From Nitrospirota bacterium (GTDB lineage: Bacteria; Nitrospirota; JACRHJ01), in contig CAVTDB010000005.1 in assembly GCA_963733375.1 (NCBI GenBank), positions 1-17,442 on the forward strand: 17,442 nt of DNA, given 5' to 3'. The notes under the pieces are model-generated. The model saw only the letters and a list, made by a program, of their open reading frames with translations, ran no database searches and was not told the origin of the DNA. This document shows, piece by piece, positions 1 to 8,105 of the stretch. The position numbers and the translations under genes were made by a program. Each line of letters opens with the position of its first letter. Position 1 is the stretch's first letter.

Positions 1-353
1 GTTTTGCCTGTCCCGTTCACGCCGACGAAGAGATAGACGGAAAGCGGCTTCCCGCCGCCGCGGAACGTCCCGGCGTCGCCTCGCAATATATCCCTTACGC
101 TCTCCTTTATCTCTTTCTGAATAAGCGGCGCGAACGCATTGGTAAGCCCCTCGCGCTTGAGTTTATCCTGCACTTTTTTTACGATCGCGGCCGCGGTTTC
201 CGCGCCCAGGTCAGCCGATATCAGCACCTCTTCAAGGTCGTCAAGGAGTACTGCGTCTACCTGCGTCTTGCCGTAGACGGCTTTCTCTATCCCCGTGACG
301 ACATTGTTGCGGGTTTTGGCAAGACCTGATTTAAGTTTGTCGAAAAAACCCAA
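1..353 (-). CDS. ftsY: Signal recognition particle receptor FtsY, N-terminal part (runs off window start)
   Basis: Not in the ORF track; translated by hand from TTG at 353 (AAGGAGG upstream): MGFFDKLKSGLAKTR...DDLEEVLISADLG...LFVGVNGTGKT. This gives the amphipathic N-terminal helix, the N-domain and the SRP-GTPase P-loop. Confidence 0.95.
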   Translation of the reverse strand, partial: MGFFDKLKSGLAKTRNNVVTGIEKAVYGKTQVDAVLLDDLEEVLISADLGAETAAAIVKKVQDKLKREGLTNAFAPLIQKEIKESVRDILRGDAGTFRGGGKPLSVYLFVGVNGTGK

Positions 354-387
354 GAGAACCCTCCTTCACTTGCGATGGACCGCGCAC

Positions 388-1082
388 CTACACGAACAGC
401 AGGAATATGAGCAGCGTTATAAGTCCCCCCAGGAGCGCGCCCAGAATGACCTCCCTCGCCGTATGTATCTTGAGCGCAATGCGGCTGTGGGCTACCATGG
501 CCGCCATCATTAACACAAGCCCCGCGACTAAGGCGTTCGACGTTAAAAAAAGCGTTATAACGAATATCGAGGACGCCGTGGCAGCATGGCCGCTGGGCAT
601 CCCTCCCGTCAGGGGAGCGCCCCGTCCTATATATGCCTTGGCCATGATCACCAGGATGACCACGACTATCAACGCCATGAAGGCCACGTTTTCCCTGGCG
701 AAGCTGACCTCGCCCACCCCTGCCCTCACTACCTGCGCGACGTGGGGGTACAGGATGAGGAAGCCTATCACGAAAGCGCCGAACGAGGCTATGAATACCG
801 CTCCGGCGGCGGTGTCCTTCGCTACCTTGGCGGCCGGATGGAACTCCTCGGAGATCAAGTCCACTATCGACTCGACCGCCGTATTTATCACCTCGGCCAC
901 CAGGACTATGACGACGGCCAGGGAGAGCGCGATGAAGGAAGCCGCTCAAGGCCAAAAAAAAGCGCCAGCACGATGACCAGCGCGGCGGCCGTGAAATGAA
1001 GCCGCATATGTTTTTGCGTCCGGTCGCGTACAGTATTCCCTCTATCGCCAGGTTCGCGCTCTGATACTGCTCTGGGGCTTTA
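388..1082 (-). CDS. dgkA: Diacylglycerol/undecaprenol kinase (DgkA family) fused to a C-terminal PAP2-like phosphatase domain; about 3 frameshifts in the 5' third, start codon unresolved
   Basis: Stitched frames read SANLAIEGILYAT / TQKHMRLHF / VAEVINTAVESIVDL...AKVAKDTAAGAV (DAGK_prokar motifs), then GGMPSGHA and SRIALKIHT (PAP2 C2 and C3 motifs). Lies directly after ybeY, as expected. Confidence 0.88.
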
Positions 1083-1529
1083 TCTTTTCTTTATGGATAT
1101 TAAAAGCTCCCTTTGTTTTTTCTCCATCCTGAGCCTCGCGGGCCTGCCCTTTTCGTGGTCGTAGCCCATGATGTGCAGTATGCCGTGCGTGAGCAGTGTG
1201 AGCAGTTCATCCTCGAAAGAATGTCCGGCTTCCCCGGCCTGGGCAAGCGCCCTGGGCGCGGAGATAACTACATCCCCAAGGACGAGCGGGGCGTCATCCG
1301 GCTGCGCCAGTCCGTCCCCTTCCAGCATGGAAAAAGACAGGACGTCCGTAGTGCTGTCAATACCGCGCCACTCCCGGTTCAGGCGGCGCATCTTCCTGTC
1401 GCCGGTAATCAGGATGGAAAGCTCAGCGTCTGGGCAACCCAGGGACGACAGGGCTTTCAGGGCTGACTGTCTCAGCATGCCAGTCGGAACTTTTATGCTC
1501 TTCTGTGAATTTGCCGCTTTGACCGGCAA
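1080..1529 (-). CDS. ybeY: rRNA maturation endoribonuclease YbeY
   Basis: LNREWRG, TDVLSF, LGDVVIS and the HGILHIMGYDH (H-x3-H-x5-H) metal motif. TTG start with GGAGG upstream. Confidence 0.97.
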   Translation of the reverse strand: MPVKAANSQKSIKVPTGMLRQSALKALSSLGCPDAELSILITGDRKMRRLNREWRGIDSTTDVLSFSMLEGDGLAQPDDAPLVLGDVVISAPRALAQAGEAGHSFEDELLTLLTHGILHIMGYDHEKGRPARLRMEKKQRELLISIKKR

Positions 1530-3070
1530 GTTTCCTCCCTCCGGACGGGATTCCCAGGCCAGGGTAGTCCACCCTGTGGTGGTAAATCCCGGAGAGGAGC
1601 TGATTAAAGCTCCTGGTTATGGCGGTCAGGTCCTTCAGTGTCAGGTCGCACTCGGTAAGCTGCCCGTCCACGAAGAACCGCCCGATTATCTTGTCCACCA
1701 GCGCGGAAATCCTCGCCGGGGTCGGCTCTTCAAGCACCCTCGACGCCGCCTCCACCGCGTCTGCCAGCATGACGATAGCCGCCACCTTCGTCTGCGGCCT
1801 CGGGCCGGGGTAGCGGTAGTCGTCTTCGCTCACCGAGGACCCTTCGGCGCTTTTGGCTTTTTCATAGAAGAAGCTCATCAGGGCGTTCCCGTGGTGCTGC
1901 TGTATTACGTCCGAAATCTGCGGCGGGAGGTTGTGTTCCTTCGCCAGCTCGTATCCGTCCTTCACATGCGAAGAAATAATAAGACTGCTCATGGACGGGG
2001 TAAGCCGGTCGTGGCGGTTTTCGCCTTTCGCCTGGTTCTCTATGAAATACTCCGGCTTCTTTATCTTCCCGATGTCGTGGTAGTACGACGCCACGCGTGC
2101 CAGGAGCGGGTTTTCGCCCACGGATTCAGCCGCCGCCTCGGCGAGGCTTCCGATAATGACGCTGTGGTGGTAAGTGCCCGGCGCGGCCATCATAAGCTGT
2201 TTCAGAAGCGGCCGGTTCAGGTCGCTGTATTCGAGGAGGCTGATGTCCGTGACCGTCTTGAACATGGACTCCAAAAGGGGCAGAATACCGGAGACCAGTA
2301 TTGCGGAGAGGAAGCCGCTGGTTACACCCGCGACGATAGTCATACATCGCCGCGCGGGTAAAAAGCTCGTGCTGGTAGAGGTCGAGGCATAAGATGGAGG
2401 CGACGTTGGCCAAAGCCACGAAGAGCCCAGCCCGCAAAAGCGCCGAGCGCTGCGTGCACCGCAATAATGAAAAGCTGGCGATTACGCTCCCCATGAAGGT
2501 ATAGAAGCCGAACATGGGTTCGTGCCCGATGAGGAGCCCTCCGAAAATGCTCATCACGATGGACATCACGATGCCCAGGTGTATGTCGAACAAAAGCGTG
2601 GCGAGCATTGCGGCGGTGGATATGGGTACGGCATAGAAGCCCGCGCGCCTTCCGACCCCCGGGAGGTTTCCGGTGAAGGTGGAAAATACCTCCGCCGAAA
2701 CGCGGCTTATCGCGACTGAGCCGACGAGGATGACGCATACGAGCGCAAGCTTCTGGAGGTCATGGGTAAGGGTCCTCTTGTAGCGGCGTATGTCCCTGTA
2801 CAGGACATATATCGGCATGGAAACTACCAGGAGAAGCCCCACTATAGTCTGGAGGCTGTCAAGCGGCGGCATCTTGGCAAGTTCGGAATAGTCTATCAGA
2901 AGGACCGACAGGGCGACTACAAGCAATCCGCCCATCACGGCCTTCTTCACTCTCTCGGAGTGGAGGCGTTTCACCGCCGGCAGGTTCTGTTTCTGGATGG
3001 AAAGGGGCTTCGCTTCCTGCTTCCGAAGAGTTACGCCTACCCTTGCGCGCTCCCCTTTAAGGGCGGCCAT
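1423..3070 (-). CDS. Membrane HD/HDIG phosphohydrolase of 7TM-HD type (PgpH-like, putative c-di-AMP phosphodiesterase); one frameshift near 2340
   Basis: ORF 2126..3070 supplies the multi-TM region. ORF 1423..2343 supplies the last TM and the motifs [32 protein letters not shown] and [10 protein letters not shown]. Position between phoH and ybeY is typical. Confidence 0.9.
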
Positions 3071-4027
3071 TTTTTTCCTCGTACTTTTGGTAAGCCTTGA
3101 CTATCTGCTGGACCAGCCTGTGCCTGACCACGTCTTTTTCGGAGAACCGCACGAACTCTATCCCCTTGACCGATTCGAGGATCTTGATAACTTCTATAAG
3201 TCCGGACCCCTTTTCCGCCGGCAGGTCCACCTGGGTTATATCCCCGGTAATTACCGCTTTAGAGCCGAAACCCATCCGGGTCAGGAACATCTTCATCTGT
3301 TCGGACGTGGTGTTCTGGGCCTCGTCCAGGATTATGAAGGAGTCGTTCAACGTGCGCCCGCGCATAAAGGCAAGCGGCGCGACCTCTATCGTCCCCCGCT
3401 CCATTAAACGGGCCGCCTTTTCCGGGTCCATCATGTCGTATAGCGCGTCATAGAGCGGCCTTAAGTAGGGGTGCACCTTCTCGTAGAGGTCGCCCGGCAG
3501 GAAGCCGAGCTTCTCGCCCGCCTCGACGGCCGGCCGCGCAAGGATAATCCGGTTGACCTCTTTTTTCATACAGCGCGGCGACCGCAGCCGCCATCGCGAG
3601 GTATGTCTTTCCGGTGCCGGCGGGGCCGATGCCGAAGACGATGTCGTGGGTCCTGATAGCTTCCACGTACGTCTTCTGGTTTTCGGTCTTCGGGCTTATA
3701 TGTTTTTTGTTGTGGCCGATAAGCACGGTGTCGGAGAATATGTCCTTGATACCCGTGCCGCGCCGGCCTCGTAGGCCCGCATCGCCAGTTTGACGTCCTC
3801 CAGCTTCAGCGTATAACCGCTGCCGACAAGCCCCGCCAGGTCCTTTATCAGCTTCTCGGCGTTCAGGACCGCGGGCTCCTCGCCCTCTATGGAAAGCTTG
3901 TTCCCCCTGGCCTTGATGTCAACGCCGGAGGTGTCTTCTATATACCGGAGGTTCTTGTCGAACTCTCCGTACAGGACCTTCAGGTCCTCGTCGGCCTCGA
4001 TTAGAAGTTCCTTTTTCGTAGTGCTAT
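3057..4027 (-). CDS. phoH: PhoH-like ATPase (YbeZ type); frameshifts near 3765 and 3570, start codon unresolved
   Basis: Hand-read N-terminus ([27 protein letters not shown]...IKARGNKL), then [13 protein letters not shown] (Walker A), [43 protein letters not shown] and DVVRH. Confidence 0.95.
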
Positions 4028-4065
4028 CCTCCTGCCTTTAGTCTCACCACTCCCTGACCATCTCA

Positions 4066-4902
4066 CTATAAAGACCTTCCCCTGGCCATCCCCTCGAGGC
4101 GCTCTATGCGCTCTTCGATAGGCGGGTGGGTGGAGAAGAGCTTCGCTATCCCACGCGCCGAGAAGGGGTTCACGATGAACATGTTCGCCGTCGCCGGGTT
4201 CGCGTTCATCGGTATTCTCTCGGTACCCATCTCCAGTTTCCTAAGCGCGTTCGCGAGGTAGAGCGGGTTGCCGCAAAGCTTCGCCCCGCTCTCGTCCGCC
4301 ATATACTCCCTGGAGCGCGAAATGGCAAGCTGTATGAGCATTGCCGCGATGGGCGCTAAGATCATCATGGCTATCGCCGCAATGGGGTTTCCGTCTCTAT
4401 CGTCCCGGCCGCCGAAGAATATAGCGAACCGCGAGAGCATCGTGATTGCCGCCGCTATTACCGACGCGATGGTGCTGACCAATATATCCCTGTGCTGCAC
4501 GTGGGACAACTCGTGCGCCATGACGCCTTCGAGCTCCTGCCTGCTAAGAAGCCTCAATATCCCTTCCGTCGCGGCGACGGCGGCGTGGTCCGGGTTCCTG
4601 CCGGTCGCGAATGCGTTGGGCGAGTCGTCCGGTATGATATATACCTTCGGCATGGGCATGCCCGCCTTCTGGACAAGCCCCCGCACCACGGAGTAAAGCT
4701 CCGGGGCTTCAGTTTCCGTGACCGGCTGCGCCCGGTACATCCTGAGGACAATTTTATCGGAGAACCAGTAACTGAAGAAGTTCATGAGCAGGGCGAAGAT
4801 GAAGAACCCGAACATCCCCCTCGTGCCGCCGACGGCCTCGCCTATCAAGACCAGAAGGACCGTAAGCGCCGCCATCAGCATGGCCGTCCTTAACTTGTAC
4901 AT
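4066..4902 (-). CDS. htpX: Zinc metalloprotease HtpX (M48 family)
   Basis: Two N-terminal TMs, [13 protein letters not shown] (HExxH), SRSREYMAD and FSTHPP motifs. Intact ORF. Confidence 0.96.
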   Translation of the reverse strand: MYKLRTAMLMAALTVLLVLIGEAVGGTRGMFGFFIFALLMNFFSYWFSDKIVLRMYRAQPVTETEAPELYSVVRGLVQKAGMPMPKVYIIPDDSPNAFATGRNPDHAAVAATEGILRLLSRQELEGVMAHELSHVQHRDILVSTIASVIAAAITMLSRFAIFFGGRDDRDGNPIAAIAMMILAPIAAMLIQLAISRSREYMADESGAKLCGNPLYLANALRKLEMGTERIPMNANPATANMFIVNPFSARGIAKLFSTHPPIEERIERLEGMARGRSL

Positions 4903-4947
4903 TTTCCTTTATTACCTCCAAAGAAAACGCAAACCATTCCTGCTAAT

Positions 4948-4976
4948 ATTCTATCAGAAATATGGCTTTTTTCCAC
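4948..4976 (-). promoter_or_regulatory. Candidate sigma70 promoter for the htpX-phoH-...-ftsY block
   Basis: Minus strand GTGGAA-N17-TAGAAT with an extended -10 (TG-A-TAGAAT) in an AT-rich intergenic gap. Confidence 0.45.
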
Positions 4977-4991
4977 GAAAATCAGCCGTTA

Positions 4992-5848
4992 CTATTTCCT
5001 TTTCAGCCGCTCCGCGGCCAGTTTCGCCGCGTCTGAACCGGGGTATTTTTTTACGACCTCGGTGTATGCGGCCTTCGCCTCCGACGGACGTTTTAAGGCG
5101 TCCAGGGTATAGCCTTTCTTAACCAGCGCGTCGGCCGCCTTGGAACTGGTCGGGTAATTTTTTATCACCTTGTCGAACTCAGGCAGGGCATCGCCATACT
5201 TTTTCATGGAATATAGCGATTCGCCTATCCAGAACTGGGCATTCCCGGCATATTCCGCGTCCGGAAAATCCTTCAGGTACTCCCGGAATTCGCTTATCGC
5301 AATCTCATAATTTCCGTTTGTATAATCCAGGTAGGCCTGATGATACATCCGGTTCGGGTCCGGAGCAGTTGTCCCGGCCGCGCCAGCCTGCGCCGCACGC
5401 CGGCGCCGCCTTGAGCCGCCCCCTGGGCCTGAGCCTCGGCCATCTTCTGCATCAGAAGGGCCTTCATAGCGTCCAGCTTCTCATCTACCTTCGAAAGCTC
5501 GTGCCTGATATCATCTATCTGTCCCTGGGAGACTCCGCCGCTTGTGCCGGAAAACTCGCGGTTACCAAGGTCCGCCTGGTTTCGGAGTATCGTATTTGTC
5601 TGTTCGTTTAGTGATTTCAGGCTTCCCTTTACCTGCGTAAACGACCTGAGCAACTCAAGCGATTCCTGGCTTCGCTTGTTCTCCGCCTGGAGGGAGAAAT
5701 TTATGTCGTCTATACTGCCCTGCATCTGCCGGAGTTGGGCGTTAGTGGCGGCGGACTGGCGCTCGACCCTGTCTATGTCCGCGCTCGTTGCGCAACCATA
5801 CCCGAAAACCATGAGAATAAGCGGCAAAAAAATTATATATTTCTTCAT
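4992..5848 (-). CDS. cpoB: Tol-Pal-associated protein CpoB/YbgF (lipoprotein; coiled coil plus TPR); one frameshift near 5390-5400
   Basis: Lipoprotein signal MKKYIIFLPLILMVFGYG-C and a coiled-coil region, then in a second frame DPNRMYHQAYLDYTNGNYEIAISEF...AGNAQFWIGE...YPTSSKAADAL...YPGSDAA. Directly downstream of pal. Confidence 0.92.
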
Positions 5849-5870
5849 TTAATCAATGCCCTCTTCGCAC

Positions 5871-5902
5871 GGAAGGCGGGCCCCGCAGGGACCCGCCTTT
5901 CC
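5871..5902. terminator. GC-rich stem-loop between pal and cpoB (possible weak terminator or mRNA stabiliser)
   Basis: GGAAGGCGGGCCCC-GCA-GGGACCCGCCTTTCC imperfect inverted repeat. No convincing U-tract follows on the coding (minus) strand. Confidence 0.5.
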
Positions 5903-5907
5903 AGATG

Positions 5908-5958
5908 TAACGCCCCCTTACCCCTTTTTAAGATAAAAGGGTGGATTAAGGGGAGTTA
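5908..5958. repeat. Imperfect C-rich/G-rich palindromic element (REP-like)
   Basis: Outer arms TAACGCCCCCTTA / TAAGGGGAGTTA and inner arms CCCTTTT / AAAAGGG, 9 bp past the pal stop. Confidence 0.6.
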
Positions 5959-5967
5959 TGAAATGTA

Positions 5968-6538
5968 TTACTGGACCACGAAATGGTCCCGCCTGTTCTT
6001 GGCCCACGCCGCCTCGTTATGTCCGGTGTCGAACGGCTTGCTCTTGCCGAAGCTTATCGTTTTAAGCCTGCCGGCTGGTATGCCTAAGGATACAAGGTAG
6101 TTCTTTACGGCGTCCGCGCGCCTCTGGCCCAGGGCGAGGTTATACTCGACAGTGCCCCTTTCATCGCAGTTGCCTTCCACCGTAACGATAACCCCGGGAT
6201 GAGCCTTTATCCACCCCGCGTCCTGCTGCAATACGGATGCGTCATCCGGCCTTATGACATAGCTGTCGAAATCAAAAAAAACGTCTTTAAGGGCCTTCAC
6301 CTCTTTGCCCTCTTCTACCGCAGCCGGCTGTTTCTCAGGCCCGGGAGGAGCCTCTTTGGTCTGCACTTCGGCGGGGGGCGCCTTCTTCGGGTGCGGCCTC
6401 CGGCGGGGCTTTCTCCATCGGCTTCTGGGTTTCCAACCCACCGGTTTCTTTAACCTGTTTTTTTGCGCACCCGTAAAAACCCGTAAAAACCAGAAGCGCC
6501 GCAGCCAGGCATACCAGAAGAACCCTGTTAATCTTCAC
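5968..6538 (-). CDS. pal: Peptidoglycan-associated lipoprotein Pal; one frameshift in the Pro/Glu-rich linker (about 6380-6440)
   Basis: GTG start with GGAGG upstream and signal peptide ending FYG-CAKK. OmpA-like domain with DVFFDFD, VEGNCDERGTVEYNLALGQRRA, ISFGKSKP and WAKNRR. Follows tolB. Confidence 0.95.
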
Positions 6539-6611
6539 CCCTTTGCCTCCTTTTCGCTTGGTTTATAAACAAGGGAAAAGCACCCCGGAAAATTGTTTCG
6601 ACAACTGTCGT

Positions 6612-6638
6612 ATTATAACACAAAAGTGCTAAAGTCAA
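6612..6638 (-). promoter_or_regulatory. Candidate internal promoter for pal-cpoB
   Basis: Minus strand perfect TATAAT (6612-6617) with an extended TG-n motif, and TTGACT 15 bp upstream (short spacer), immediately after the tolB stop. Confidence 0.55.
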
Positions 6639-6639
6639 A

Positions 6640-7935
6640 TTATTTTTCACTGCCCAGCCGGGGCGACCACGCGGGGGTCTGGCAGCTCCCGCCCATCGGA
6701 AGTTTTTTTACGTTCTCACCGTGGGTGTCCATTAAATATATCGCATTTTTGCCGCTTCGGGTAGAGGAAAAAGCGATATGCCTGCCGTCAGGCGACCATG
6801 ACGGGTTTTCATTGCTTCCGCTATTCCAGGTAAGCCGTACGACGTTGTCCCCGTTGGAGTCCATCATGAAGATATTAAAGACGCCGCTTTCCCGGCCTAC
6901 ATACGCTATTTTATCCCCGTTGGGCGACCATGCGGGGGATGCATTGTACTTCCCGCTGTACGTTAGCCTCCTGACATTGCCGCCGTCCGAGTCCATCACA
7001 TAAACCTGGGGCGAGCCTGCCCGGTCTGAGTTGAAGACTATCTCGCGCCCGTTTGGCGACCATGACGGCGAAGTATTGATGCCCCGGCTGTGCGTGATCT
7101 GGTTCAGCCCTTTGCCGTCCCTGTTCATGGTGCATATCTGGGCGTCGGCGCCCTTGCTTAAGCACAGCGCGATCTTCTCGCCGTCGGGCGACCATGACGC
7201 CGCGGTATTCAGCCCGGGGAAAACGAGATTATCCCCCTGCTTTTGCCGGACGTGCCTACCCACCAGAGGTCGGGGTTCAGCCTTTTATACGAAGTGTACG
7301 TGATGTAGTTGCCCGATGGCGACCACGCGGGTAGAAGGCATATCCCCGAATCCGTGGTCAGGCGGAATACATTGCGCCCGTCGTAATCGGCGATATAAAG
7401 TTCGGCATGGCGGCTCATATCGGAGATAAAGGCTATCTTCGTCTGGCAGATGCCTTTTTCGCCCGTGAGCTGGAATATTATCTCGTCGGCGAGTTTGTGT
7501 ATATTCTCCCGCATTACCAGCAATGACCGCGGGTAGCGCTTGTTCATGATAACCGAACCGGCTTTGGCGTCAACCAGCTTTGCGGATATCGTAATGTCGC
7601 GTCCGTCAGTGGAATAGGCCCCGGTAATGACGTCGTTCACGTCCAGCGAGGCCCAGGCGCTCGGGTCGCCTTTTACCTGCTTGACTCTTTTGGCGTCAAA
7701 GAACCCGGAGAAGTTCAGGTCGTCCGCCAGTTCGTCAGCCATCGCCCTGTCCCGTCCCTGCGGGGTCTGCAAAGCCTCCCTCGCGCTCAAAATCGGGGAT
7801 TATTACGCTTATCTTCCCCGCGCCCTTCGTGGTGGAAAGGTATATCTCCGGCTTCGCATCGGCGATGCCTGACGCCGGAAGGAAAAAGACCGCAGCAACT
7901 ATTAATAGCGTGATTCCCGTAATAATTTTTTTCAT
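6640..7935 (-). CDS. tolB: Tol-Pal beta-propeller protein TolB; frameshifts near 7757 and 7215
   Basis: Signal peptide MKKIITGITLLIVAAVFFLPASGIADA, TolB_N features (LADDLNFSGFF, HKLADEIIFQLTGEKG, TKIAFIS, IADYDG) and repeated PD40 motifs (P-x-WSP-x-G) to the C-terminus. Confidence 0.95.
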
Positions 7936-7980
7936 TTTTCCGGATATCTTTCTCAAATTTACCTGTGAAAAGCAACGGCA

Positions 7981-8006
7981 GGGCCGACACATGGGTCTAC
8001 CCCTAA
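7981..8006 (-). repeat. Degenerate GTAG-type REP-like palindrome
   Basis: Minus strand TTAGGGGTAGACCCATGTGTCGGCCC: an imperfect hairpin preceded by a (G/T)TAG tetranucleotide, the layout of RAYT-associated REPs. Family assigned from memory. Confidence 0.55.
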
Positions 8007-8011
8007 AGTTC

Positions 8012-8036
8012 GGATTCTTCGCTACTCAGAATGACA
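8012..8036 (+). repeat. Half copy of a GATTCTTCG...TCAGAATGAC-type intergenic repeat
   Basis: GGATTCTTCGCTACTCAGAATGACA; ATTCT/AGAAT can form a small stem. Resembles a widespread bacterial intergenic repeat (recognised from memory). Confidence 0.55.
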
Positions 8037-8046
8037 ATTTCCTTAA

Positions 8047-8105
8047 CCCCTCGCCCCGGGGCACCCATTCTGATGGGTCGATGGGAGAGGGGCAGGGGGT
8101 GAGGG
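8047..8105 (-). repeat. CCCTCACCCC...CCCCTCTCCC...GGGCGAGGGG (BoxC-like) palindromic element with a nested hairpin
   Basis: Plus strand CCCCTCGCCC (8047-8056) pairs with GGGAGAGGGG (8083-8092), and the loop holds ACCCAT-TCTG-ATGGGT (8063-8078). The element abuts the tolA stop codon. Confidence 0.65.

Noticed and set aside
1168-2361. 397-aa plus-strand ORF
   Set aside because: Antisense shadow of the HD protein and ybeY with no recognisable motifs; expected in GC-rich coding DNA.
6640-7330. Recurring GGCGACCA(T/C)G words at about 132-bp spacing, suggesting a CRISPR-like or DNA repeat array
   Set aside because: They are the codons for the WSP motif of successive TolB propeller blades.
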